From contig CAWEWF010000010.1 in the NCBI GenBank assembly GCA_963812605.1, positions 1 to 64,000 on the forward strand: 64,000 nucleotides of DNA, read 5' to 3'. This stretch comes from an uncultured Verrucomicrobiae bacterium (GTDB taxonomy: Bacteria; Verrucomicrobiota; Verrucomicrobiia; Palsa-1439). The translations under genes were made by a program, and so were the position numbers. Of the stretch, positions 54,808 to 64,000 are shown piece by piece. The notes under the pieces are model-generated. The model ran no database searches and was not told the origin of the DNA. It saw nothing but the letters and a program-made list of their open reading frames with translations. Positions within the stretch are counted from its first letter, which is position 1; each line of letters begins with the position of its first letter.

Positions 54808-57781
54808 ATGACTCAGTTGCAAGCTTTCACCCGGATACCTCGGAAACCAACTCCAACCCTCCTTGCAGCCATCATGGCTATCGGATTGCTGGCCGGTGCC
54901 TCGCGCGGTCTGGCGGTCACCATGACCTGGACGAATGGGAACGACGTTTGGAGCAGCCCGACTGCCTGGACGACCAACCAGGCCACCGGCATTGATCCCG
55001 TTGGGCTAACCAACGTCACTTGCTCGGCGGGCGATGTTTCCAACGTCACCGCCACCTGCGTCGGCGGCACGGGTGGTTTCCCTGGAACGGGTGACACGGG
55101 TATGTTCACGAACCTCACGAATCCCAACGTCACTGTCACCAGCTCCACGAACCTCAGCGCCCTGGTTTTCTCGAATGCGTTGGTCACGATGAGTGCCGGC
55201 GTGTCGACGTTGACCGTCACCGGCGCACTCAGGATTGCGACCGACGGTTCTACCAGCGCGACGCTCTATTGGGGGGGCGGGACACTCGCCGTCACGAATG
55301 GAGGCCCGGCTAATGTCCAAGTTGGTACCGGCAGCAACTCTTTTGGCGTTTTGATCGTGACCAATGGAACGGTGATCTATGACCAGAACACTCCTCCCAG
55401 CGTAAGTTTCACAGCTTTTAGCATCGGCAGCGTTGCATCGGCCGGCAAGGTCGTCATCAGCGGTACCGGCGTCGTCACGAATCGCCTTGGAGGGCAAGCC
55501 ACCTTGAACATGTGCGGCAGCCCCACAGCGACCAGCCAATTGATCATTACCAACGGCGGCAAGCTGTTTGGGCAAGGCGCAACGCAGTGCAAGTCGAACA
55601 GTCTGATCCTCGTTTCGGATCCAGGCAGCCTTATATCCAACATCGACACGGCCCCACTCACCGGCAACGGTGTCATCACCATTGGGAGTGGCAACCTGGC
55701 GGGACCCGGCAGCCTGTTGATCGTCAGCAATGGCGCGACAGTATGGGGGCAAGGTACGATCTCCTTCGGCAGAGGCGGTTCCTTTAATACCGGGATGGTC
55801 TGCGGAGCGGGGTCTAAATTGATCGCGGGGCCGACCGGGGGTTTCGTCATTGGCATCACAGGTGGCGCCGGCAACGCTCTGGTTGTTTATAACGGCGGAT
55901 ATCTCAACTCCGGCGGCACCTTTGAAGTCCCCGACGGTGCTCCTTGTCCCAGCAACTCATTTCAAATGGGCGGGGTGGGAGCGATGAGCACCGGCGTGGT
56001 GGTCCACGTTAAAAATAATTCGGGCTCACTGTTCGTTCGATCATCGTGACGAACGCGGTGTTGACCGCGCAGTCAGATAGAAATCGAGGGGGGTCCCACC
56101 AACACCCTGGCTGTCTTGTCCAACGGGACACTCATCTTCAGTAATCAATTTGCCGCGTCCGCCACGTTAACGAATGTCCTGATGGTCGAAAGCTTTACCG
56201 CTGGCGGCGGCAATGCTGTCACAATCAACGCGGGCACTATCAACGCCGTCAGCGGCAGCAACATCTCCCAGATCGTCATTGGATCCAGCGGAAGCCCGGT
56301 GCCGCCCAATGACCATTACCAACGGGGGCAAACTCCTATCGGAATTGGTCGAGATCGGTTCTAGCAGCTCGTATAATACCGGAGTTGTCGCCGGGGTTGG
56401 ATCGGTTTGGTCGAACTTCACCGCCGGAGTCAGCTATATCAACTCAAATAAGATAGCTGTCGGTGTCGGCAGCACGGTGAGTGGCACCCACAACTACTTG
56501 GCTGTTCGTGATGGCGCGAGCCTTGTCAATAACGGCGATCTGCCGATTGGTGACGACGCCTCTTCCACGCTCAACTCGGTCGTCTTCGGCGGTCACGGGG
56601 CGCCCGCCGTGATCATTAACAGTGGAAGCATAAATGTTGGCGCTACCGCCGGGTCGACTGGAAACTCGCTAACAATTTCGAATGCCAGTTTGAATTGCAA
56701 TGAACTCGACGTCGGCGCCGGCACCAACAGGATCAATAACTCGCTTGCCTTTAACGGCGGTACAATCTCCGCCACCTTTGTTGAGATCGGAGGGACAAAC
56801 ACAATTGTCTTCACCGCCGGTACTCTCAGCGCCGGGGGTTCGTTGTTCCATTCCACCGCCAACAATGGCAATGGCGTGGTCGTCGGCGATGGCGTCAGTG
56901 CCGCCTACTACGACATGGCCGCAGGTGGAACGGGCTATCATCAATTTGACTGCCCCGGTCTCGTGGTCACCAACGGCGCTTCCCTGCGCGGCAACGGCAC
57001 GCTTGTCGGCACTGTGAAGGTGCTCGGCACGTTTGTGCCGGGATTCGCCAATGCTGTCGGCTCGATTTTCAGCAGCAATAGCCTTACGTTTGGAAATTCC
57101 GCCGTGCTGGACTACGACCTGGGAACCAATAGTGATTCGGTGACGGTCAGCAACAATCTGGCATTGGGCGGTACGCTCAACATCACCGATGCCGGCGGAT
57201 TTGGCCCTGGTGGCTACACCCTGTTCACGTACGTTGGTTCCGTGAGCGGCACGCTGACCGTCGGCGCCACGCCCAACGGCAGTTTGATCTACGCCATTAA
57301 CACGAACACTATCGGCGCGGTGATCCTGCAAGTGACCGGCGGCAGCGATCCATTCACGACCTGGCAGACACATTACTTCACCGGCAGCCCCTTAAATTCA
57401 GCCCCCGGCGCGGATCCACTCGGCAAGGGCATGAGCAACACCAATCAGTTTCTGGCGGGATTCAATCCCACCAACGCGGCGGCGTACGTCCATATCACCA
57501 GTATCTCCAGGACAAACAGCGGTGCTGATATCCGGGTAGACTACCTGGGCGCCAGCGGCGATAGCACCTATTCGCCGGGCTTCGCGTCCCGCACCAACGT
57601 GCTGGAGTTCACCACGGGCACAGCCAACGGCAGCTACAACAGCAACAACTTCGCCAGCACCGGTGTCAGCAACATCCTCGGCGGCGGTGTTGGACTTGGC
57701 ACGTTAACGAACATGGTTGATCCGGGTGGGGCGACCAACACGCCGTCGCGGTACTATCGGGTTCGCGTGCTGGTACCGTAA
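54808..57781 (+). CDS. Large secreted Gly/Thr/Asn-rich beta-helix-like protein with a C-terminal YYRVRVLVP domain (frameshifts near 56040 and 56310)
   Basis: Signal peptide, autotransporter-passenger-like repeats, LALGGTLNITDAGGFGPGGYTLF, shared C-terminal domain. Confidence 0.75.
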
Positions 57782-57815
57782 CATGCTCACGGACAGTTTC
57801 TAGTGCTGTTGAATT

Positions 57816-59538
57816 ATGCGTCCCAATCGGGCCACGTTCGCCTTGGTTCTCTCGGTGCCGCTCTGGCTCGCCGGCGCGACGTCGTGGGCGCTTGACCCCA
57901 GCCAGCCGCCCAGCGGCAACTTTGATTTAAGCCATTGGAAGCTTCAACTCCCCACTTTAAACGGCGTCCTCACCTGTTCCGCCGGAAGCGTGGATGAGGT
58001 AAAACCCGGCGCAGCTGGCAGGCTTTACCAACACGTATTTTTACACCGGATCAGATGGCTCGATGGTTTTCTGGGCGCCGATCAACGGCGCGACGACGAG
58101 TGGTACCACGAATCCGCGCTCCGAATTGCGCGAGGAATTGTCTCCTGGTTCCGACAGCCTGAACTGGATCCTCTCCGGCACACATATTCTGGACGGGCAG
58201 TGCAAGGTGCTGCAGGTGTCCAGCGCCAAGAAAGTCATCATCGGTCAAATCCACGGTGAAAGCGGCGCCGCCCTGCCAACAGTCAAAATCTACTACAGCA
58301 ACGGCAGGGCCTACGGGACCGTCAAGACCAACTCAACTGACGACAGCAGTGACTTTCAGTTTCCGTCTGTGACCGTGGCATTGAGCAATAGTATCACGTA
58401 CGAAATCAAGGTCGTGAACGGCCTCATTTCGGTCGCAATCAACGGCAAGACCAATTCGCTACAACGTTTTCCAGTCCGACCCGAATTACACGAATGAAAC
58501 GCAGTATTTCAAAGCCGGGGATTATTGTCAGGACTTCTCGTGCTCAAACCCGTCCAACGATGGCACAAGGGTTGCGTTTTACGCCGTGACCCTGTTCCAC
58601 GCGCCGAGCATCACCAACCAGCCCGCCAGCCAGAGCGTTACGGCGGGCAGCAATGTGACCTTCTCGGTAGGCGCGCTCGGCAACCCGCCGCTGAAGTACA
58701 CCTGGCGGTTGAACAGCACACCCATTAACAATGCGACCAACGCCACGCTTGCGATTCCGAATGCGCAGCTCGACCAACGCCGGCACATACTCGGTAATTG
58801 TCACCGATCTTGTCGGCAGCGTCACCAGCAGCAACGCCACGTTGACCGTGAACACGCCTGCGCCCGTGGCCAGTTTCACGGCCAGTCCAACCAATGGAGC
58901 GGCGCCATTGAATGTGAGCTTCACGGACAACTCATCCGGTTCAATCACCGGCTGGGCCTGGGTGTTTGGCAACGGCAATACCTCGACCAGTCAGAGCCCG
59001 CTTAATAGTTATACGAACCCCGGCGCTTACACGGTGCGGGAGATCGTTAGCGGCGCGGGCGGGTCCGCTACCAGCACGGTGGCAAATTTGATCGGCGTCT
59101 ATGACCCGTTTGCGTGGTGGCAGCTCCAGTATTTCGGCAGCACCAACAACAACGCGAACACTGCACCCGGGCGGGGACTACACCGGTACCGGCATGAGCA
59201 ACACGAACAAGTTCCTGGCCAGCTTCAACCCGACGAACCCGGCGGCGTACCTGCACATCCTGAGCATTACCAACGCAAATGGCACGGACATCAACGTGAT
59301 TTATCTGGGGGCCAATGGCGACAGCACCTGGTCGCCGGGCATTGCGTCGCGCACGAACGTGTTGGAGTTCACTGTGGGCCTGAGCGATGGCAGCTACTCG
59401 AGCAACTTCGTAAGTGCCAACGTAACCAATATTCTCGGTGGGGGGACCGGCGCCGGTATCGTGACGAACATGATCGATGCAGGCGGCGCGACCAATGCGC
59501 CCTCGCGGTACTACCGGGTCCGCGTGTTGGTGCCATGA
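57816..59538 (+). CDS. PL7 polysaccharide lyase + Ig + PKD + C-terminal YYRVRVLVP domain (several frameshifts)
   Basis: FDLSHWKLQLP, NPRSELRE, IIGQIH, YFKAGDY; PSITNQP Ig; APLNVSFTD..WVFGNG PKD. Confidence 0.85.
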
Positions 59539-59677
59539 ACTTTACGTGTTAGAGTGCAGCCGTGAGGACGGAACGGCAAATAAACCGAAAAAACAAAGCC
59601 GCGTGTAAAGGGCGGTTGAAAAGTGCGGCGGGTGAGCGTGGCGGTCCAAAAGTGCGGCATCCTGATAGAACAGGAGG

Positions 59678-61183
59678 ATGTATCGCAATATGGAACTATG
59701 GACCGAGATTCGTCGACGAGTGCTGGTAGAGGGTGTCAGTAAACGGCAGATTCTCCGGGAAACGGGGATGCATTGGAGCACCCTCAAGAAGATTCTCACG
59801 AATAGTGCGCCGCCGGGGTATCGCCAAAGCCAACCACGTCCCCAACCCAAAATCGGACCGTATCGGGACCGCATTCAGCAGATCCTGATGGCCGACCGCG
59901 AACTTCCCCGTAAGCAGCGCCATACCGCCAAACGCATTTGGGAGCGGCTTCAAGAAGAAGGCTACACCGGCGGTTACACTGCCGTGAAGGAGGCGGTGCG
60001 GGAGACTGAGCAGCAGAACCAGGAGGTGTTTATCCCGTTGGTGCATCGGCCGGGCGAGGCGCAGGTGGACTTTGGTGAGGCGTTGGTGCGGCTGGGCGGC
60101 AAGTTGCGCGTGGTGAAGTTCTTCCTGATGGCGCTGCCCTACAGCGACGCGTTCTTTGTGATGGCCTTTGAGCGGGAATGCACGGAGACCTTTGGGGAAG
60201 GTCACGTGCAGGCGTTCCACTTCTTCGGTGGCGTGCCGCGGCGGATCAGCTACGACAACACGCGCATCGCGGTGACGCAGATCATCGGGACAGGACGGGC
60301 GCGCAAGCTCACCACGGGGTTCTTGCAACTCCAGAGTCATTACCTGTTTGCGCACCATTTCTGCCGGGTCCGGCGGGCCAACGAGAAGGGCGTGGTCGAG
60401 GGTGGTGTGAAGTTTGCGCGGCTGAACTTCTTCGTGCCGGTCCCGCAGGTGCGCGACTTCGACGAACTCAACACCTATCTGCTCCGATGCAGCCAGGAGG
60501 ATCTGTCTCGGCGCTTGCGTGGACACACCGGGACGAAAGCGGAATTGCTGGCTCATGACCGGGAGGCGTTTCTGCCACTCCCGGCGGTGCCGTTCGTCGC
60601 CTGTCGGAACACGTCCACCACGGCCAGTTCGTTGTCACTGGTGCGATTCGACGACAACGATTACTCAGTGCCAGTGCGTCGGGCGCACCATCCGGTAGTG
60701 GTGCATGGGGACTACCGGGAAGTGGTCCTCTGTGCGGGCGGCCAGGAAGTGGCGCGACACCGGCGTATCTGGGAGCGGGAACAAGTCAGCTTTGAGCCGC
60801 TGCATTACTTGGCGTTGTTGGAGCGCAAACCCGGGGCGCTGGATCATGCCCGGCCGCTGGCCGGTTGGGAGTTACCCGAGTGTTTCGCCACGCTGCGGCG
60901 TCGTCTGGAGAACGAGCGGGCGGGCGACGGCACACGGGAATACATCCGGGTGTTGCGGTTGCTGGAGAAGCATTCCTTGGCCGAGGTTCGCCGGGCGGTC
61001 GAACAAGCCTTGCGGGTGGGTGCGGTGACCCGCGATGCCGTGGCCCAGTTTCTGTGGCCGCCAGAACCGTGGCGAGCCACCGTGTTTCGGCTCGATGGGT
61101 ATCCGCACCTGCGGCATGTACAGGTGGCCGCCGCGGATCTGAACGAGTATCGCAGCCTGCTGTGCGCGGGAGGTGTCCGATGA
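59678..61183 (+). CDS. istA: IS21 transposase IstA
   Basis: QVDFG, YDN, EKGVVE DDE; RKQRHTAKRI. Confidence 0.95.
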   Translation: MYRNMELWTEIRRRVLVEGVSKRQILRETGMHWSTLKKILTNSAPPGYRQSQPRPQPKIGPYRDRIQQILMADRELPRKQRHTAKRIWERLQEEGYTGGYTAVKEAVRETEQQNQEVFIPLVHRPGEAQVDFGEALVRLGGKLRVVKFFLMALPYSDAFFVMAFERECTETFGEGHVQAFHFFGGVPRRISYDNTRIAVTQIIGTGRARKLTTGFLQLQSHYLFAHHFCRVRRANEKGVVEGGVKFARLNFFVPVPQVRDFDELNTYLLRCSQEDLSRRLRGHTGTKAELLAHDREAFLPLPAVPFVACRNTSTTASSLSLVRFDDNDYSVPVRRAHHPVVVHGDYREVVLCAGGQEVARHRRIWEREQVSFEPLHYLALLERKPGALDHARPLAGWELPECFATLRRRLENERAGDGTREYIRVLRLLEKHSLAEVRRAVEQALRVGAVTRDAVAQFLWPPEPWRATVFRLDGYPHLRHVQVAAADLNEYRSLLCAGGVR

Positions 61184-61950
61184 GCAAGGAGCCCTCGACG
61201 CTATTGTTGGAGCATCATCTCAAGGCACTGAAACTGCCGACGATGCTGCGCGACTACACGGCGGTGGCGGCCGTCTGTAGTCAGGAGCGCAGCGTGTATG
61301 CGGAGTTTCTGCTGCGGTTGACGGAGCGGGAACTGATCGAACGGGAACGCCGCGCCGCCGAGCGTCGTCTCAAGGAGGCGCAGTTCCCCGTGGTCAAGAC
61401 GATCGACAGCTTCGACTTCACCGCGCAGCCCTCGCTCAACGCCGCCTTGGTGCGCGAGTTGTTAGGCGGAGAGTACCTCGTGGGCAAAGAGAACGTGCTG
61501 CTGGTCGGCAACCCGGGTACGGGCAAAACACATCTGGCGATTGCGTTGGGGTTCGCCGCTTGTGCCCAAGGCCGCCGCGTGCGCTTCAGCACGGTCACGG
61601 CGCTGGTGACGGTGTTGCTGGAAGCCCGCGAGGAACGGAGCCTGCAACGCATCTACCGCCAACTGGAGCGCGTGCACCTGCTGATCTTGGACGAGCTGGG
61701 GTATGTGCCCTTCTCCAAAGCCGGAGCGGAGTTGCTCTTTGACGTCGTCAGTCGCTGTTACGAGCGGACCAGTCTGATCGTGACGACGAATCTGCCGTTT
61801 GAGCAGTGGCCGGAAGTGCTGGGCAGCGAACGCCTGACCGGGGCGCTGCTGGATCGGCTGACGCATCGGGTGCACATCCTGGAAGCCAACGGGGAAAGTT
61901 ATCGGCTCAAACAAGCCAAAGCACGGCAGCGAAATAAACCACGCAACTGA
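61180..61950 (+). CDS. istB: IS21 ATPase IstB
   Basis: GNPGTGKTHLA, LILDELGY, TTNLPF, ALLDRLTH; ATGA overlap with istA. Confidence 0.95.
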   Translation: MSKEPSTLLLEHHLKALKLPTMLRDYTAVAAVCSQERSVYAEFLLRLTERELIERERRAAERRLKEAQFPVVKTIDSFDFTAQPSLNAALVRELLGGEYLVGKENVLLVGNPGTGKTHLAIALGFAACAQGRRVRFSTVTALVTVLLEAREERSLQRIYRQLERVHLLILDELGYVPFSKAGAELLFDVVSRCYERTSLIVTTNLPFEQWPEVLGSERLTGALLDRLTHRVHILEANGESYRLKQAKARQRNKPRN

Positions 61951-61956
61951 CCAGCG

Positions 61957-61987
61957 AAAAATTGCCCTTCCCCTCGGGGAAGGGCAA
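61957..61987 (-). terminator. Intrinsic terminator-like hairpin inside the IS21 right end
   Basis: TTGCCCTTCCCC-TC-GGGGAAGGGCAA, followed by a T run on the minus strand. Confidence 0.55.
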
Positions 61988-62116
61988 ACAGGAAACCAAC
62001 ACCCCTCTTTAACTCACACACACCCTTGACGCCGCCCACCGATTACAGTATCAACCAACCACTGGGTGCCGCACTTTTGGAGCGCCACCCGCTGCACTAT
62101 CTGACCGCCCTTTACA

Positions 62117-63642
62117 GCTTCGGCGTAGTCGGGGTCGATGCGCAGCGCCTGCTCCCAATGTCCGATTGCCTCCGACAGTTTACCCTGTCGAAGCAACGCT
62201 CCCGCCATATTATAGTGCACTGGGGCGGAATTGGGTTGGAACCGTAGCGCCTGCTCGAAATGCGCCGCCGCCTCCGGCACCTCGCCCAGTTCGAGCAGGG
62301 TGTTGCCCAGATTGTTGTGCGCCTCGGCGTAATCGGGCTTGAGCCGTAGTGCCATTTCGAAGTGCGAGATCGCCTCTCTTGGGTCACGCTGCTGAAATGC
62401 AACCCCAAGGCCGTTGTGCGCCACCCATGCCCTGGGATTTCTTTCGAGCGCGACGGTCCACAGCGTCTCTGGATCCCTGTAGATCTGGTTTTGGCGCCAA
62501 GTTAGTGAGGCCAACAGAACAACAACAACGGCGGCAAAGATTTGGATCATCCCACGGATCGCGCCCTGGCAAGCGCGGCACATTCGTGCTCCTGCGGCGA
62601 CAATGGGGGCGATGACTCCAATCAATGAAAAATAGAGGAAGCGGTCCGCCACCGGTGATACCGCCGCGTACGACATATTGATAACGCCCAACACCGGAAA
62701 AAGCATTGCGAGGAAATAACCGCTGGCGAACAGAAGCGGTCTACCCCAACCTTGGCGGTATCGCCAAAATATCCCGAGACATCCGAGCACGATCAAACTC
62801 GGCAGGCAGGCGAGGGGCGATGACATGTCGACTCTCCACTGGGGATAAATCGTCATCAGATGAACCGGCACCAGCGCCTTCCACAGATAGAACCAGCACG
62901 CCCATCCCGCGCCGGCCACGCGTAAGGCAAGACTCCTGTGGAGAATTTGCTGCGCCATCACTGTCCGGGACTGAAACCAAATGGTGACGAATCCCGTCGC
63001 CACTGAAAGCGCAAAAAACGGGAGCAATCGCAACAGGTCGGCGCGGCCAACCTTCCCTCTTCTCCACCACGCGCAGAGCAGCAGCACAACCGGCAGGGGG
63101 ACAACCGAAGTCTTGCTCAATAGAGCCAGCGTAAAGGTTCCCACCGCCAGCCAGTACCAGCGCCCGCGGCTCGTGTCTTCAAACCTCAGGTACCATAGAA
63201 GGGTCAACGCAAACAAGAACATCGAGAGCGTATTCTTTTGTTCGGCAATCCAGGCCACCGATTCCGCGTTGACGGGATGCACGGCAAACACTGCGGCGGC
63301 CAACCAGGCTGCCGGAATCTTGAGCCTCGCCATTACCCGCCACCAGAGCACCGCGTTCAACGCGTGCAGGACCACGTTGACCAGATGATAACCGAACGGT
63401 TTTTTTTGCCACACGCGCCACTCCAACCACCATGTCGTTGAGGTCAGCGGCCAGTAATCCGTGGGCTGCGTAGTGCACCAGAATCGATACAGGCCGTCGG
63501 ATGCCTTGATCAAGTGATTGTTCACCAAGAGATTGTCATCGTCCCAGACGAACCTGCACCGCAGCGCGGGGATATACGCCACGAGCGTCAGCAGGATGAT
63601 GAGAGCGGCACCTGCGCCCCATGATCTCCACACGTTCTTCAT
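62117..63642 (-). CDS. TMTC-like membrane glycosyltransferase with TPR repeats, C-terminus cut by IS21
   Basis: FVWDDD, YWPL, HPVNAESVAWI, ADRFLY, TPRs ending PDYAEA at the IS end. Confidence 0.85.
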
Positions 63643-63900
63643 CAAGTTCCCAACTAATTACCGAGCGCCGCATTTTGAACCAGGGTACGGAGTTTGTCTA
63701 TGCCCGGCGCTAAGAGGTCAAACTCGCGCGGCCAAATGGGCGGGCTGAATGACAAGGTACTGGAATCGTGTTCACAGTGGGTAGCGCACCGCCGGTGATC
63801 GGTTTTTCGTTGGGCGACGAACCGGAAGAAGTTAAAGTTGGTGCGACTGAACACCTGGCTGCACAACAGGGAAGAAAGCAGTCGCGCGACATCCTGAAAT

Positions 63901-63941
63901 GAATATTCCACACCGGCCCTTCGGGCCGGTGTGGAATATTC
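63901..63941. repeat. Perfect 19-bp inverted repeat
   Basis: GAATATTCCACACCGGCCC-TTC-GGGCCGGTGTGGAATATTC. Confidence 0.8.
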
Positions 63942-64000
63942 GGGCTGAACTCCAAGCCGTTGCTTCTGTCAACGCGAACGGCGGCTGCGTCTCAACATCC

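Larger units (their letters stand above)
59604..62116 (+). mobile_element. IS21 family element
   Basis: IRs TGTAAAGGGCGGT... / ...ACCGCCCTTTACA with internal AAAAGTGCGGC repeats; istA-istB; no target duplication. Confidence 0.93.

Noticed and set aside
1980-59538. Pervasive frameshifts as mass pseudogenisation or programmed recoding
   Set aside because: Single-base indels hit nearly every long gene while conserved motifs stay intact, so uncorrected long-read error is the simpler explanation. The 3' part of lhr is worse and may be real decay.

Overview
GC-rich bacterial accessory region, most likely from Verrucomicrobiota (PEP-CTERM protein, prepilin-type H-X8/9-DG protein, DUF1080, many secreted proteins ending in a YRV..P tail). 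Many genes are split by single-base indels, consistent with an unpolished long-read consensus. Left to right: (1) a tRNA 3' remnant and a MacA/MacB-like ABC efflux operon bracketed by two diverged, ungapped 132-bp direct repeats built from phased TCGCAWC boxes; (2) a catalytic-domain-only tyrosine recombinase translationally coupled to a RuvB homologue that has no RuvA/RuvC here and an altered RuvA-binding hairpin, preceded by a structured leader; (3) a 3.08-kb TGT...ACA element with ~54-bp inverted repeats encoding two DDE transposase genes and two HTH genes, next to a truncated restriction-modification pair; (4) a ~25-kb block between two tRNA-Cys-like 3' remnants carrying DUF1080, ferredoxin, 2-oxoacid:ferredoxin oxidoreductase, a G1 peptidase and a LacI-controlled beta-glucan locus (GH30, GH1, two GH5, esterase, PEP-CTERM, prepilin); (5) Lhr helicase, hpnR plus an hpnA-like gene, YihY, MscS; (6) a second LacI locus (dehydrogenase, epimerase, DUF2264, large secreted protein, PL7 lyase); (7) an IS21 element truncating a TMTC-like TPR glycosyltransferase. 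The best novel-system candidates are the recombinase + orphan RuvB + repeat-bracketed cassette, the two-transposase IS, and the shared C-terminal sorting-like domain. All calls come from reading the sequence; no searches were run.
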